Positions 29,202 through 42,617 of a stretch of DNA of 64,000 bases are shown one piece after another. The stretch lies in NCBI GenBank assembly GCA_951406725.2, contig OX597816.1, positions 66,960,001-67,024,000 on the forward strand, in the 5' to 3' direction. Position numbers and translations under genes: made by a program. This stretch comes from Octopus vulgaris. Taxonomy: Eukaryota. The notes beneath the pieces were generated by a model, which had not been told where the DNA came from, did no database searches, and saw nothing but the letters and a program-made list of their open reading frames with translations. Within the stretch, counting starts at the first letter, position 1, and every line of letters begins with the position of its first letter.

Positions 29202-29742
29202 TATATATATTTATAATTCTACCTTTACAGTGCTTCATTTCGCTGGAAAATAATATTATTGTAATAATATATATATATACACATATGTACGTATGTATGT
29301 ATATATATATATACATATGTACGTATGTATGTATGTATATATGCACATGCATACAAATAAGCATATATATATGTGTATGTGTGTGTGTATATATCTATAG
29401 ATAAATGCATGTGTGTATATATGTGTGTATCACTTATTTTAATGAGTATATTCTGATTTATTTTTCACAGGTCACTCCGTTAAAGCTATTTTTATATATT
29501 TATATCTTATCGCTCTGAAACTTGGAATTCTTTCCATTCATGAAGACCTTTGCTAAAATCGTACATGAAGAAATATTTTCGTTATATCGGCAAAATATTT
29601 AGTTTCGTCTCTATAAATAAAACCTCAACTGCCTAAGCTTTTGTGACCAACCCCAGATGATCACCAACGTAACACAAGACCTCATCAATATTTCAGTCAC
29701 TGAAGTACTGTTTATCTCCGTCTGGCCGGCCTGTACAGCATT

Positions 29743-30158
29743 TATTTCTTTATTACCCACAGGGGGCTAAACATAGAGGGGACAAACAAGGACAGACAAG
29801 TGGATTAAGTCGATTACATCGACCCCAGTGATTAACTGGTACTTATTTAATCGACCCCGAAAGGATGAAAGGTAAAGTCGATCTCGGCGGAATTTGAACT
29901 CAGAACGTAACGGCAGACAAAATACCTATTTCTTTATTACCCAGAAGGGGCTAAACACAGAGAGGACAAACAAGGACAGACATAGGTATTAAGTCGATTA
30001 TATCAACCCCAGTGCGTAACTGGTATTTAATTTATCGACCCCGAAAGGATGAAAGGCAAAGTGACCTCGGCGGAATTTGAACTCACAACGTACCGGCAAA
30101 CGAAATACGGCTACGCATTTCGCCCGGCGTGCAAACGATTCTGCCAGCTGGCCGCCTT
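29743..30158 (-). mobile_element. SINE family A dimer with 17-bp target-site duplication
   Basis: CCGGCCTGTACAGCATT at 29726-29742 and 30159-30175; both monomers end in the Tx1-like tail. Confidence 0.92.
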
Positions 30159-30899
30159 CCGGCCTGTACAGCATTGAGATGCCCGAATTAGTACCTCCAT
30201 CAGTGTTCTAATTTCTACGCATCAAACATGAGTCATTTCTCTTGTCCACCCCAGTGTCTCACATCGAACCACACACCAGGCCCTAATCCACCTCAAAACG
30301 GTGATCTCTGCAAAGTCCTTGCATACAATTCCCACCTCCACAGCTCTCCCTCCACACACTTGTAACAACTATGCAAACTTTTCCACCTCTCCCTCTCTCA
30401 TTTTTCTCTTTCCCTCTGTCACTCACTCACTCACTCTCATTCTTGCTTCCTCCATTCCTATCTCCTACGGCACAATCAACTCCATGATAACTACACGATG
30501 GGCCACCTTTGACACAAGAATCAGATCAGGCTTCACGGTCACACTGACCAATTTTGCTAGCATTATCTGCTTCCCTTTTTTCTTTACTAACACCTCCAAT
30601 TCTTCTACCGCTGTTAACACAGCACATACACCGAAAGAGAGCGTATTCTACCTGCTTATTTTGTTTTGGCCCTCCTACACAAATATTTTGCCATCCGCCT
30701 GTTGTAAGTTTCTTTTTTTTTATCCTGTCTCATTTGCACCACCTTTCGAATAATCTCTGCTAGCTACTTACTGGATTATTGGTTTGTAAATCTATGTAGA
30801 GGCCGAGAGAAGAGCTCTGCAGCAAGATAACACGTGTTCCAGCGACATGCTTTACTTTTTGCAGAATTCGCATATTTCATTTTGATTACTCCCCACCAT

Positions 30900-32760
30900 C
30901 TCTTAAAATTCAAATATGGCACCAATTACAAACTGAATTAATTCTTTCGATATCGGGAAAATATTTTTCTAATATCATTTCGTTCTTTTGTATGCCTGCA
31001 CAGTGAACTCCCTGGTGTGCTGCCTCTGTATCCCTATCTTTTCCACCTTTTCTCAGACAACTTCCACCACCACGTTCTCCTTGCCCTCCCAAGACCTTGC
31101 GTACCGAACTTCTGCTTTTTAGGTGGAAAATCCACACCTCTTCCGTCACTTTCCGCCGCATCCCAAATTTTCTTCCATTTCTCAGATGCAGAAGCCTCGT
31201 CTGCAATTTTCCGCCTTCCATTTGCATTCAATACAAATTGGAGGTCTTGTTTTGGCATCCCCGGGCTCCTTTATCATCATACCCAAGCACATTTTGCCCG
31301 CTTTCAATTCTTCAATCACCAGTTTCAATAGCAGCCGTAATTTCTCCAAACGGCCAAACAGAGCTACATCGGACAACATATTTAACACACCCAACCATGT
31401 CCAGTATTAAATATTCATCCTTTGTTTCATGCGTTCAACCCTTATAACTACTGCCTTGTACTCAACTCTTGATATTAACCCATACTGTCAGCACTACAGA
31501 TTTGCCTTTCCAGAAATCGATGTCCCATTAATCCGTTCGAGATTTCTGTTCGTTTCTCCTAGATCTTTACACCGTACTTTCAATCAGATCGATCCCGTAC
31601 TAACATTTCAGATTCCCTCTTCTGAAACATGTTGGATGTCTCCTCCAGTTATCTGAAACTGTTTTCTTTTCTTTTTCCTACCCCGGGAGCTCGCTCCTAA
31701 TCACCTTTGCCTGAAACTTCATCCCAATCTATGAAATTACCCCGCTAAAGTCTTATCAAACCTCCTCGTCCAAGTTTCACACAATTATCAAATAATCCAC
31801 GAAAACCTTCGTTGATGACATCATAACTCACTCCACAAATGGTAATCCTTCAATAGCAACTCAAAGCAAAATCTCCATCCCCATAGGGACCTATATCGAC
31901 AAGAACTGTCATTCCGTTGTATACAAGTTTGTCGAAAATCTCATTCTGAACTGCTCCAAGTAGTTCTGCATCATACTCTTAGTAAACTGCATGTAGCTAT
32001 GGAGAACCGGCCCACGTTCATTGACAGAGTTTTACAAATGGCATCGACACTCCCATGCGTTTCTTGCATCACTGAATAGTTTCCCACATTGTGTGAACGG
32101 ATCTATCACAAGTATGGTCTTCATGACAAAATCCATCGCAGTTCGTGCCAATACACTCACTAAGACATTCCGATCAATAGTGTGGAGGCGGCGAGCCTGG
32201 TAGAATCGTGAGCACGCCGGGAAAAAAGCTTACTGGCTTACTGTACTGGCTCTCATATCATTATTACTACTATAATTATTCCTACTGAGCATTTCTTTTG
32301 TCTCTAGATTCTGAGTTCAAATTCCACCGAGATTGTCTTTGCCTTTCATCCTTTCAGGGTTGATGAAATATGTACCAGATGAATACTGGGGTCGTTGTAA
32401 TCGACTTATCCACCAGCCATCCACCCCCATCAAAAATCCGCTGGCCTTGTGCCAAAATTTGAAACCAAATATTGGTCGGAACTGACTAATCAGTCTAGCA
32501 TCCTTTTCCTTTGGAATGCACACTCCTCTCGAAACACACCAACAAATTAGTAAAAATCGTTTCCCCGACAACACCTTGAGAATCTACCACAAACTCTTCC
32601 TTATCCGCGGACAATATTTAACAGACTTGCTCGATAGACCATTCTGGTCTGCAGTGCCGCCAGCGCGTACTTTCTGTGCCACGGCATCGACCTCACCCGT
32701 ATTGACTCACCTGAAATTCTGTTGGCCTTTCAAACCACGAACGTTTCTCTTCGCTTTTCA
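30900..32760 (-). mobile_element. Decayed HERO-like (RLE-type) LINE RT region, interrupted by a SINE
   Basis: Manual translation: KYCPRIRKSLW*ILKVL..GVCIPKEKDARLISQFRPI / VSVLARTAMDFV / MRFSTNLYTTE*Q / MKFQAKVIRS / WLGVLNMLSDVALFGRLEKLRL..IEELKAGK / GTQGLGRARRTWW; multiple stops and frameshifts. Confidence 0.65.
32185..32470 (+). mobile_element. SINE family A copy inserted in the HERO-like remnant
   Basis: Head GGCGGCGAGCCTGGTAGAATCG, core, tail CTGGCCTTGTGCCAAAATTTGAAACC. Confidence 0.8.
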
Positions 32761-32781
32761 CCTGAATACGATGCGCAGATG

Positions 32782-32813
<32 letters not shown>

Positions 32814-33124
32814 CACTCATACAAACATACACACATATATATATGCATGTATATATATGTACATACATACGTTCATACATACATACATACACATAAACAT
32901 ACATAGATGTATATTAGTGTATTACTTTTTGCTTTACGGGTTCCACTTATTGAACTCTGGTCACCGCCTAATGTACAGTGTGTGCGCGTGTGTGTGAGAG
33001 AGTGTGTGTGTGCGGGTGCGTGTGCGCGTGGAAAGGGAGGGGAGAGAGAGAGAGTAAAGTGAGCGTTAAGTTATCGGTAACGTATTTCAGTTGGAATGTC
33101 CTGGTTCTCATTCCATGGCGTTAT

Positions 33125-33187
<63 letters not shown>

Positions 33188-33674
33188 CACACATGCACAG
33201 ACACACGCATTCATACAAGTTTTGCATAATCGTAATATATGTATGAGAGCGGGAGAAGGCAAAAGCTATTTCTCTGTGTAGGGACTCTAAGACGGTAATT
33301 GAGTAAACAGTCAGGTGAACATCATTAGATAAGGATGCGGATGTTGGCAGTGACGAAATGGAAAGGTAGCAGGTAAGTGGCGGTAAGAGAAGATTAACAG
33401 ACGAATGGTAGGTGTGAGTCGTACTACAATTATTTCCCGTATGTGTGCGGCGAAGAAGCAAAAAGGAAACTTTCTCAACGTGGTTGTTGCACTTGCTAGA
33501 AATAACCATCTAATCTTTCTCAATTCATATTCTATTGTTTTATGATAAAAAATGGGAAGGCTTGTCTTTCTTCGGTGAGATGGAGAATGAACTAATAATG
33601 GTCTTAAGAACAAGACGCAAATATCTTTTTCAGAATATATACCTCATCTCTAGAGATGAAGCATTTTTCTTAAA

Positions 33675-33852
33675 CGGGCGAGGCTGTGTGGTAAGACGCT
33701 TGTTTTCCAATCACGTGGTGTGGGGGTCAGTCCCACTGCGTGGCACCTTGGGCAAGTGTTTTCTGCTATAGTCTTGAGCCGATCAAAGCATTGTAAGTGG
33801 ATTTAGTAGACGAAAACTGAAAGAAGCCAGCCGTGTGTGTGTGTGTGTGTGT
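33675..33852 (+). mobile_element. SINE family B, 5' half
   Basis: Head and ACCTTGGGCAAGT, ending in (TG)n. Confidence 0.8.
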
Positions 33853-34046
33853 GACCGCGTGTGTATCGTTGGCGATTTTCTTTCTCCGTCTTCCTTTCTT
33901 TGAACTTTTTCTATATTTCTGATGAAGAGCTCCGCTCGAAACGTGAAATCCTCTTTCTTTTCTTTCCTTTCCTGAGCGTCCAATAACACAGTACTTATTC
34001 CACGTCCTCGCGTTGTTGTTTTTTCTTGCTTGTTCATGCTTGGACT

Positions 34047-34049
<3 letters not shown>
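33853..34049 (+). mobile_element. Short Penelope pLTR-like element with hammerhead-like motif
   Basis: CTGATGA-A-GAGC-TCC-GCTC-GAAACGTG (33919-33945), lying between (TG)n and (TA)n. Confidence 0.6.
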
Positions 34050-34087
<38 letters not shown>

Positions 34088-34135
34088 GTGAATTGAAGAA
34101 ATGGAGCTGAACGCAGATTGAACAGAAATCGTTTT

Positions 34136-34227
34136 ATTTCATTCTACACGTGTTTCGAAAGGCACAATTTACCAAAATCCGATTGAATAATGGGACCATA
34201 TTGTGTCTTTCTCTTCAGGAAGAAAAT
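34136..34227 (-). ncRNA. Minimal hammerhead ribozyme motif, left arm copy
   Basis: Reverse complement of 35344-35435. Confidence 0.7.
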
Positions 34228-34811
34228 AGGAAATCCGTTGGAAAAAACAAAAACAGAACAGAGGCGGAGCAAAAACAAATCGAACTAGGCTCCTAAGAGC
34301 CCATGGCGAAACTGTTTATCAGTGTATGTTGAGAACCGGTGGCTGAAGAATTTAACGGGTCAGGCATCGGTCAATCATGTGGGTGAGAGTGTGTAGATGT
34401 TCTTTGTGACCGAGAATAAAGTTCTGACTATTTAAGGAATATTGGATGTTTTATAAGGGGCGAGAAAAAATCTACTTAGAGACGTGTGTGTGTATACTGT
34501 TCTATATATGTGTGTGTTGGCGTAGGGGTAGAAAACATTTTTTGTGTACGTGTGTGCGTTTGATCGTTCGGCTGTCAGTGGCTACTGCAGTGAGAACCGT
34601 TGGGTGGCAGAAAAAATATATATATATTATGTTTTATGTGTGTGTGTGTTCATCTAAGCCTGCCTTGTCAAGGAAACCCCCGTTGTGAAAAAACCAAGCC
34701 CCGTTTATCTTACAGGAGTAATTCCCCTTGCAGTGGTTAATCGTAGATATCTTAAAGGCTATTTCAGAATTTGTTACCAAGGGCTATGGGTGCCGGTATT
34801 ATTTATAAACG

Positions 34812-35105
34812 CTATTTAAAAGCCAGATAAGTGTAACGCCGCCAATGGGGGCATCGAAAAGCCGACTGTAAAAGCCCGTTTACCATCCGGCCTCTGGCAA
34901 ACAAAATATGGAAGAGTTCGGAGACACAAAGGTTGCACTGCCTTCTGTCCCTATCAAATGGGAGGGCCACCGACAAAATTGACCATTCCAACCTGTAGCT
35001 TAAGTTCGTATCCTTCAGTCGCCATATTAGCTTACTGAGTCCCGTGGTCTGGCGCTTGTTCATGTCCCGAAAAGTTGCGTAATGGTTGGAGACTCGCAAA
35101 GACAA
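34812..35105 (-). pseudogene. C-terminal fragment of a Penelope-like GIY-YIG endonuclease
   Basis: RVSNHYATF..TGLSKLIWRLK..LEWSIL..CNLCVSE..FRCPH follows the PLE pattern RxxNHxxSF..LSKYIWxLK..IxWxI..CxLCxxE..KCRH; truncated at the inversion junction. Confidence 0.75.
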
Positions 35106-35343
35106 TCTTGAGGATTATAAAACATCCAATATTCCTTAAATAGTCAGAACTTTATTCTCGGTCACAAAGAACATCTACACACTCTCACCCACATGATTGA
35201 CCGATGCCTGACCCGTTAAATTCTTCAGCCACCGGTTCTCAACATACACTGATAAACAGTTTCGCCATGGGCTCTTAGGAGCCTAGTTCGATTTGTTTTT
35301 GCTCCGCCTCTGTTCTGTTTTTGTTTTTTCCAACGGATTTCCT

Positions 35344-35435
35344 ATTTTCTTCCTGAAGAGAAAGACACAATATGGTCCCATTATTCAATCGGATTTTGGT
35401 AAATTGTGCCTTTCGAAACACGTGTAGAATGAAAT
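35344..35435 (+). ncRNA. Minimal hammerhead ribozyme motif, right arm copy
   Basis: CUGAAGA at 35353-35359; stem II GAAAGACACAAT/ATTGTGCCTTTC; GAAA at 35415-35418; palindromic stem III ACACGUGU; GUA triplet; stem I UUUCUUC/GAA(U)GAAA. Confidence 0.75.
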
Positions 35436-35643
35436 AAAACGATTTCTGTTCAATCTGCGTTCAGCTCCATTTCTTCAATTCACCAATAATATTTTAATTT
35501 CAATTATCCGCACCAACGCACGGTTGCAACACCATATGGTTGTACCTCCAACCGTGCTGTTTACTGCTGTGATTTTTGCTACTAAGGTATCGGTTAAACT
35601 TTTGATTAATCTACTACAAGATTATTCATCTTTCTATTTCACA

Positions 35644-35705
<62 letters not shown>

Positions 35706-36323
35706 GATCTTTTCTATTCTGAAGCCAGTTTTTTCAAATTTTTCCTACTGAACCAAACAATTTGAAACTTCGTATACTGGTAGAATGTGTCAAAAGTAAA
35801 CTTAATTGTAAACCAGAATGAAAACGGAATTGTAACTTCTAAGTTTAACGTTGTTTAATAATTAGAATTTTAACCAATGATATTCCGTCATTCGGCTTTA
35901 TTTTATTTACTCCGTCTCGACCACCAATTTCGTGACGTATTAAACATCTTAAATGTAAACAAGCTATAGTCAGCCACCTTCTAATAACAAAAGTTTATCT
36001 TTGAAGTTACCGTCTAGGGGAAGCATTGATGTACATGTGTGTGTATGTGTGTGTTTGATGGGGTGTGGGAGACAGTATGTTGTGTAAGTGAAGTGCTTCT
36101 GTTTGTGTATGTGAAGAGACAGAGAGAGTAATGTGTGAAAGAGAGAGATAACTGAAATTTTTTACTCGGTGTATGTGTATATGCCTGAATGTATGTGTGT
36201 ATGTATCTGTGTATGTGTATGTATGTATGGCCGATTCAATGTAATTTTTTACACATACTTACACACACACACACATACATACACACACACATGCAGACAT
36301 ACATATACACATACACCGAGTAA

Positions 36324-36364
<41 letters not shown>

Positions 36365-36905
36365 TTTATAAAAATATGGTAAAGTAAAAAAATTACTTAA
36401 CCACACACCGAGCTTTTTAGAAATAGCAGCCAAAAATTTCTCAACTGCAAGAAAAAGTCTCCCAGACAATGCATACTCAGAAATAATTCACATACGTATA
36501 AGAGAAAAACAACGAAAAATCACATGGATTCTCCGATATATGTTATAAAAATATGGATTCTCCGATATAATTTATAAAAATATGGTAAAGTAAAAAAATT
36601 ACTTTACCACACACAAAGCTTTTTAGAAATAGCAGACGTGCTTATAAGCCGTCTTCAACTACGTCACAAAACTGCTTTCAACGTCACACTAACAGATCGC
36701 AGTAACGTTTTAGATATGAAAACAAGCAATCTCATTGGTTAAAATTCGCAGTTTTAATCTACGATTAAAGTCATAAAATAGATTTTTCTCAAATAAACTA
36801 GTTCCAACTGGCGAATAAACTAGTTCCACTCTATGAGTACACAAAGTTTCAAATTATTTAGTTAACTAGAAAGATCTGGGGTCCTGGCCACAAATTTGAA
36901 AAGAT

Positions 36906-36959
<54 letters not shown>

Positions 36960-37569
36960 TTGTACGACCTGGTACTGGTCTGCGGCCCAGTGGTTTGATG
37001 ATCCCTAGTATAAATGACCGAAGGGTTGATGATCATACGTGTTACGTGCACTTTGCGGTGCCTATGACAAAGGGGTTTAGTTTTCGCTGACACAATATAA
37101 GTTATAAATATTACCATGAACAGTTATCTACAAGTCACCAGTGTGAACAATAAAACAACAGAAGTACACGCCAAGGGTACCTCTACTTGTTCGCTCGATT
37201 TGCTAGATATAGCATCCCAATCTTCCTCAAACTATTCTCTACTGTCTTAAATAGATACATTATAACGTCATCATGGGTACACTTTATCTGAAAAAAAATA
37301 GGGATTAATGTTCATGGCTTGAGCGCCTTTTATCATAGGTCTTTATCACCAGAGCAGACTGAAGCTAAACACAGCAACACCAGCCGTCCAAGAATTTGGA
37401 CCTGGAGATCTCCATTTCCAGCGACTTCGAGGGCTACCTCTCAGTGGTGTCGGGCGTCAACGAAGAGCCCTCGACTACAAGACGACCAAATTTTTTTTTC
37501 CAAGGTCTGGGGTCTCCCGCCCCTAAGCCCTAGACCATCACCTAATCACCCTTACCCGTCTTGTTGCTT

Positions 37570-37651
<82 letters not shown>

Positions 37652-38540
37652 ACACTAAAGGGTAATGTTGAATAACTGATGAAGTTTCTTTAGTTAACAG
37701 GCTTGCATCTACTTACTCTAATTACTTTGCATCGTCATAGAACTAATCTTGATACAATTGATATCACTGTCATGCGATAATTAATGAGGAGTTAATTGGA
37801 ACAGGTCGGGAAAATTATGGGTGAACACCATAAATTTGCTGTGGAATTTAAGATTAAATACGCTCTCGTTGAAAAATATTTCTTAACATCATTATGACAT
37901 CACGAGAGACTAATTCATCTGTCAATAATGACTGTATATCAGCGAGTATATTTTACACTGAATTCTTGTTTATGAGAGCGATGTGTCTACTTCGTTGGCA
38001 GTGGTTTTATACGGGCTTATCAACAGAGTCGACAAAATCGTACATCAATATGTAAAACAGCCGTACCTTCGCTATATGGAGAGATCCATCACATGTGATA
38101 ATACTGACAGCAGCTTACTACTGCTTATGCTATGCCAGGAATTTCATCTGGTTACATGCAGCACCTGGTTTCGTCAGATTGACAAATATATACAACCAGT
38201 TACTTATGAAATGCATCATTACTCACAGGCATTATCATATAGATTATTTTCGTTCTACTTTGCTATGCAGCAATAATAGTTCTTATTTTTTAGAGGAGGT
38301 TGAAAATGTGTTTGTGTGGTATTCATGCCTTTCTCTAAATCAGCTGTGGTGTAAGTGAGGTGGTATCACTTAAACCAGAAATTGCAACTGTATCGCAATT
38401 TCTTCTCGTCAGGAGCATATCATTTGTTGAGTAAGTCGCTCGCCGCTTTAAGGCAATAGTATATGGCTACTCTTGGAAATCCATTCTGAAACAAATCACT
38501 GAGCGGTAGAAAACTTAGATGAAAATGAGCAAACTCACAT

Positions 38541-38932
38541 CTTTATTCTTTTATTTGTTTCAGTCATTTGACTGCGGCCATGCTGGAGCACCGCCTTTAG
38601 TTGAACAAATCGACCCCAGGACTTATTCTTTGTAAGCCTAGTACTTATACTATCGATCCCTTTTGCCGAACCGCTAAGTGACGGAGACATAAACACACCA
38701 GCATCGGTTGTCAAGCGATGTTGTGGGGACAAACACAGACACACAAACACACACATATATATATATATGCAACGGGCTTCTTTCAGTTTCCGTCTACCAA
38801 ATCTACTCACGGCTTTGGTCGGCCCGAGGATATAGTAGAAGAGACACTCACCCAATGTGCCACGCAGTGGGACTGAACCCGGAACCATGTGGTTGGTAAG
38901 CAAGCTCCTTACCACACAGCCACTCCTACGCC
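38541..38932 (-). mobile_element. SINE family B, full-length reference copy
   Basis: A-box TGGCTGTGTGG, B-box GGTTCAGTCCC, CORE-like segment, internal (TA)n(TG)n, 3' ...ATGACTGAAACAAATAAAAGAATAAAG. Confidence 0.9.
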
Positions 38933-38958
38933 TAAAATTTAATTAAACAATCTGTATG

Positions 38959-39770
38959 TCAAAGTCGACCTCGGCGAAATTTGAACTCAAAAGCGTAAAG
39001 ACAGACGAAATAGAGTTAAGCACATCAGCCAGAGCGCTAACGTTTCTGCCAGCACACCGTCTTGTCCAGCATCTTTTTTTTTATTCATTTACATTTTAGG
39101 ATTTTATTATTAAGTATGAAAAAGTAAAGCGGTGAGTTGGTAGAATCGTTAGCATGTCGAGCAAAATGCTTAGCGGCGTTTCGTCCATCTTTACGATCTG
39201 AGTTCAAATACCACCGAGGTTGACTTTGCCTTTCATCCTTTCGGGGGTCAATAAAATAAGTATCCGCGGAGTACTGGAGTCGATGCAATCGAATTAACCC
39301 TGCCCCCACCCCAAATTTCAGGCCTTGTGCCTATTGTAGAAAGGATTATTAAGTATGGAAAAGGCGGCGAGATAGCAGAATCGTTAGCAGTAAACACGGA
39401 TGAAATGCTTTGCGGCATTTCATCCGCGTTTACATTTCTGAGTTCAAATTCCGCCGAGGTCGACTTTACCTTTTATCCTTTCGGCGTCGATGAAATACGT
39501 ACCAGATGAGCACTGGGGTCGATGTAATCGCCTTACCCCTTACTCCGAAATTGCTGGCCTTGTTCTAAAATTTGAAACCATTACTAAGTATAAAAAGGTC
39601 GGCTGATCAGTAAAAACGGTAAAGCATCAGATAATATGCCTTGTGGTATTTACATCCTTTTATGTTCTGAGAGAAAATTCTGTCAAGGTCGATTTTGCCT
39701 TTCATCTTGCTAAGGTCGATAAAATAAGTGCCAGGGAAGTGTGGGGATTGTTTCAATCGACTACACTTCT
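38959..39770. mobile_element. Cluster of SINE family A copies: one partial on -, three on +
   Basis: Heads at ~39128 and ~39363; repeated core; two different tails. Confidence 0.85.
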
Positions 39771-39800
39771 CCGTAAAGTTTATAGCCAGCCAATACCTGT

Positions 39801-40720
39801 CAGGGCCAGCCATAGGGTCTCCGGTACAAAATTTACCCAAATGAATTTTGGAACCACCAGGGAAATAAGCTTTTGGAATTTTTCACTATAAGAAAAAGAC
39901 AGCAAATGAAAGAATTAAGGGTTTATTAAGATATACAAGCTAAAGAGAGCAATCCAAACACAGCATCAATTTTCATATCTTTTCGTCTGTATAAATAAGA
40001 GAGAAAACAAGAGAAAGAGAGACAGAGAAGATGAGGGATAGAGAGAGAAAAAGAAAGAGAGGAAAGTGTCAGACAAACTATGTACATTACTGGTAAGGGT
40101 CTCGACCATTTTATCTTTTCTTTCTTTTTTTTTTCTCGTTTTTCAAGTAAACAGTTACTAAAAGATGGGATGAGAAAGCCGAAGGACGGCGTTAATTTCC
40201 TATAAATGCAAGATATTTTCTCCTAATAAATTAAAGACTTAAAGAATCAAACAAAATAAATTATACTTTAAAACGTAAATTATCACAACCAAAGCATTCT
40301 TTCTCCTGCAAATATTTTCATAGAACCTTCTACATCTATCTTTTCTCAATATCAGTTTCTGACAAAATTGCCAAAGAATTTAATATTTTGAGTCATGATC
40401 AGTCATAATTATATGTAAATAAGCTTGCTTTATTTTACTAAAATTTCTCTCAACTATGGCCAAAGTTATAAGTATCGTAAGCATTATTTTTATTTCATCC
40501 CACAATTTTGGCATGGCATCTTGAAACTCATCACTGCTGATAAATCTAACGGCTTCTATCGGAAGCGTTACCTCTCCAGGAAATAATTTTTTTTGCAATA
40601 TCTAGTTCCGTCTGACGATCACAATTGTAAACATTACTATTTTCTTGGTGCCTTAACTTATTCTTCAAGCCTTGACATACTGTTCTCAATGTATTTTTAT
40701 CTGGGAAGTCTTGTACGTTA
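39801..40720 (-). mobile_element. Decayed hAT transposon 3' part
   Basis: MPKLWDEIKIMLTILITLAIVERNFSKIK resembles the hAT dimerisation motif (ERSFSKLK); CAGGGCCAGCC end at 39801. Confidence 0.5.
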
Positions 40721-40746
40721 TTTAAAAATCTCCATGCATAAGAGCA

Positions 40747-41115
40747 GACATGACTATGTGGTTAAGAAGCTCTGATCAGCAACTGCTAGGTTTTGGGTTC
40801 AGTCCCACTGCACGGCACTGAGCAATTGTTTTCTACTGTTGCCCCGAAACAACTAATGTCTTGTGGGTGAATTTAGTAGACAGAAACTCTGTGTGTGTGT
40901 GTGTCTGTGTGTATGTATGTGCATGTCTTTCTATTTGTGTTTGTCTCACGCACACACCACTAGACAACCGGTGTTGGTTTGTCTACGTTCCTGTGACCTA
41001 GCGGCTCGGTAGAAGAGACCACTAGAATATGTACCAGACTTTGAGATCGATTTGTTCGGCTATACACATCACAGTTGTGTTCCAGCGTTGCCGCAGTCCA
41101 ATGGTTGAAACAATT
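40747..41115 (+). mobile_element. SINE family B, diverged copy
   Basis: Head, internal (TG)n, tail GCCGCAGTCCAATGGTTGAAACAA. Confidence 0.75.
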
Positions 41116-41171
41116 AAAAAAAAAAAGATTGTGTTTAGAGAAACTATATAATTGTTCAAATATCTCTGATA

Positions 41172-42075
<904 letters not shown>

Positions 42076-42547
42076 CTGGTTCTCTTGTCCATTCATATTC
42101 ATTTACCTGATAAACATTTAATTAGTGACACAATTAATGAAACAGTACTAAACCGTTTCACAGAGAATGCTCTGAATAGTTTGGCCGACAATGTTTACAT
42201 CCACTCCTACGCTCGTCTGCATCACATCTCTTATGAGCTTGGCTCCACTCAAGGAATTTTTCACGTTTTCGGTTTGCATTTAAAAGATCCCAAACCGATG
42301 ACGTGGCGCCCCGTACAAAACTACTCAAATTGCCATCATCTTCAGCCGGCCCTGATGCCTATATTATCATATTAGGTAGGAATATATTCAGAACGTCGTG
42401 CAAATATATCCATTAAATTACTGTGTAGCTTGGGAATACTAAAATATTCATTACTCTGCAGATAAAACTTACGCATACGTTCGCGCATACGACATATCAC
42501 AGCCACTCTACAAATACATACTAAAGTCATATTTACGTTCTCACTTT

Positions 42548-42617
<70 letters not shown>

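Larger units (their letters stand above)
34087..35645 (-). mobile_element. 5'-truncated Penelope-like element with inverted pseudo-LTRs
   Basis: 370-bp inverted arms (34087-34456 and 35115-35484) enclosing a GIY-YIG C-terminal fragment; (TA)n on both sides; ~160-bp extension after the right arm. Confidence 0.85.

Noticed and set aside
29460-29560. Good-looking splice acceptor TTTTTCACAG|G
   Set aside because: All frames stop soon and no matching donor supports an exon
31182-31394. RPPICIECK as a zinc knuckle of a gag or ORF1
   Set aside because: Out-of-frame reading inside the HERO-like RT remnant
35700-36870. Possible non-autonomous element with ~60-bp internal duplication and AATAAACTAGT ends
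   Set aside because: Termini and class could not be defined confidently
37570-37655. (CAA)n(CAG)n as a polyglutamine exon
   Set aside because: The glutamine frame is closed by TAA on both sides
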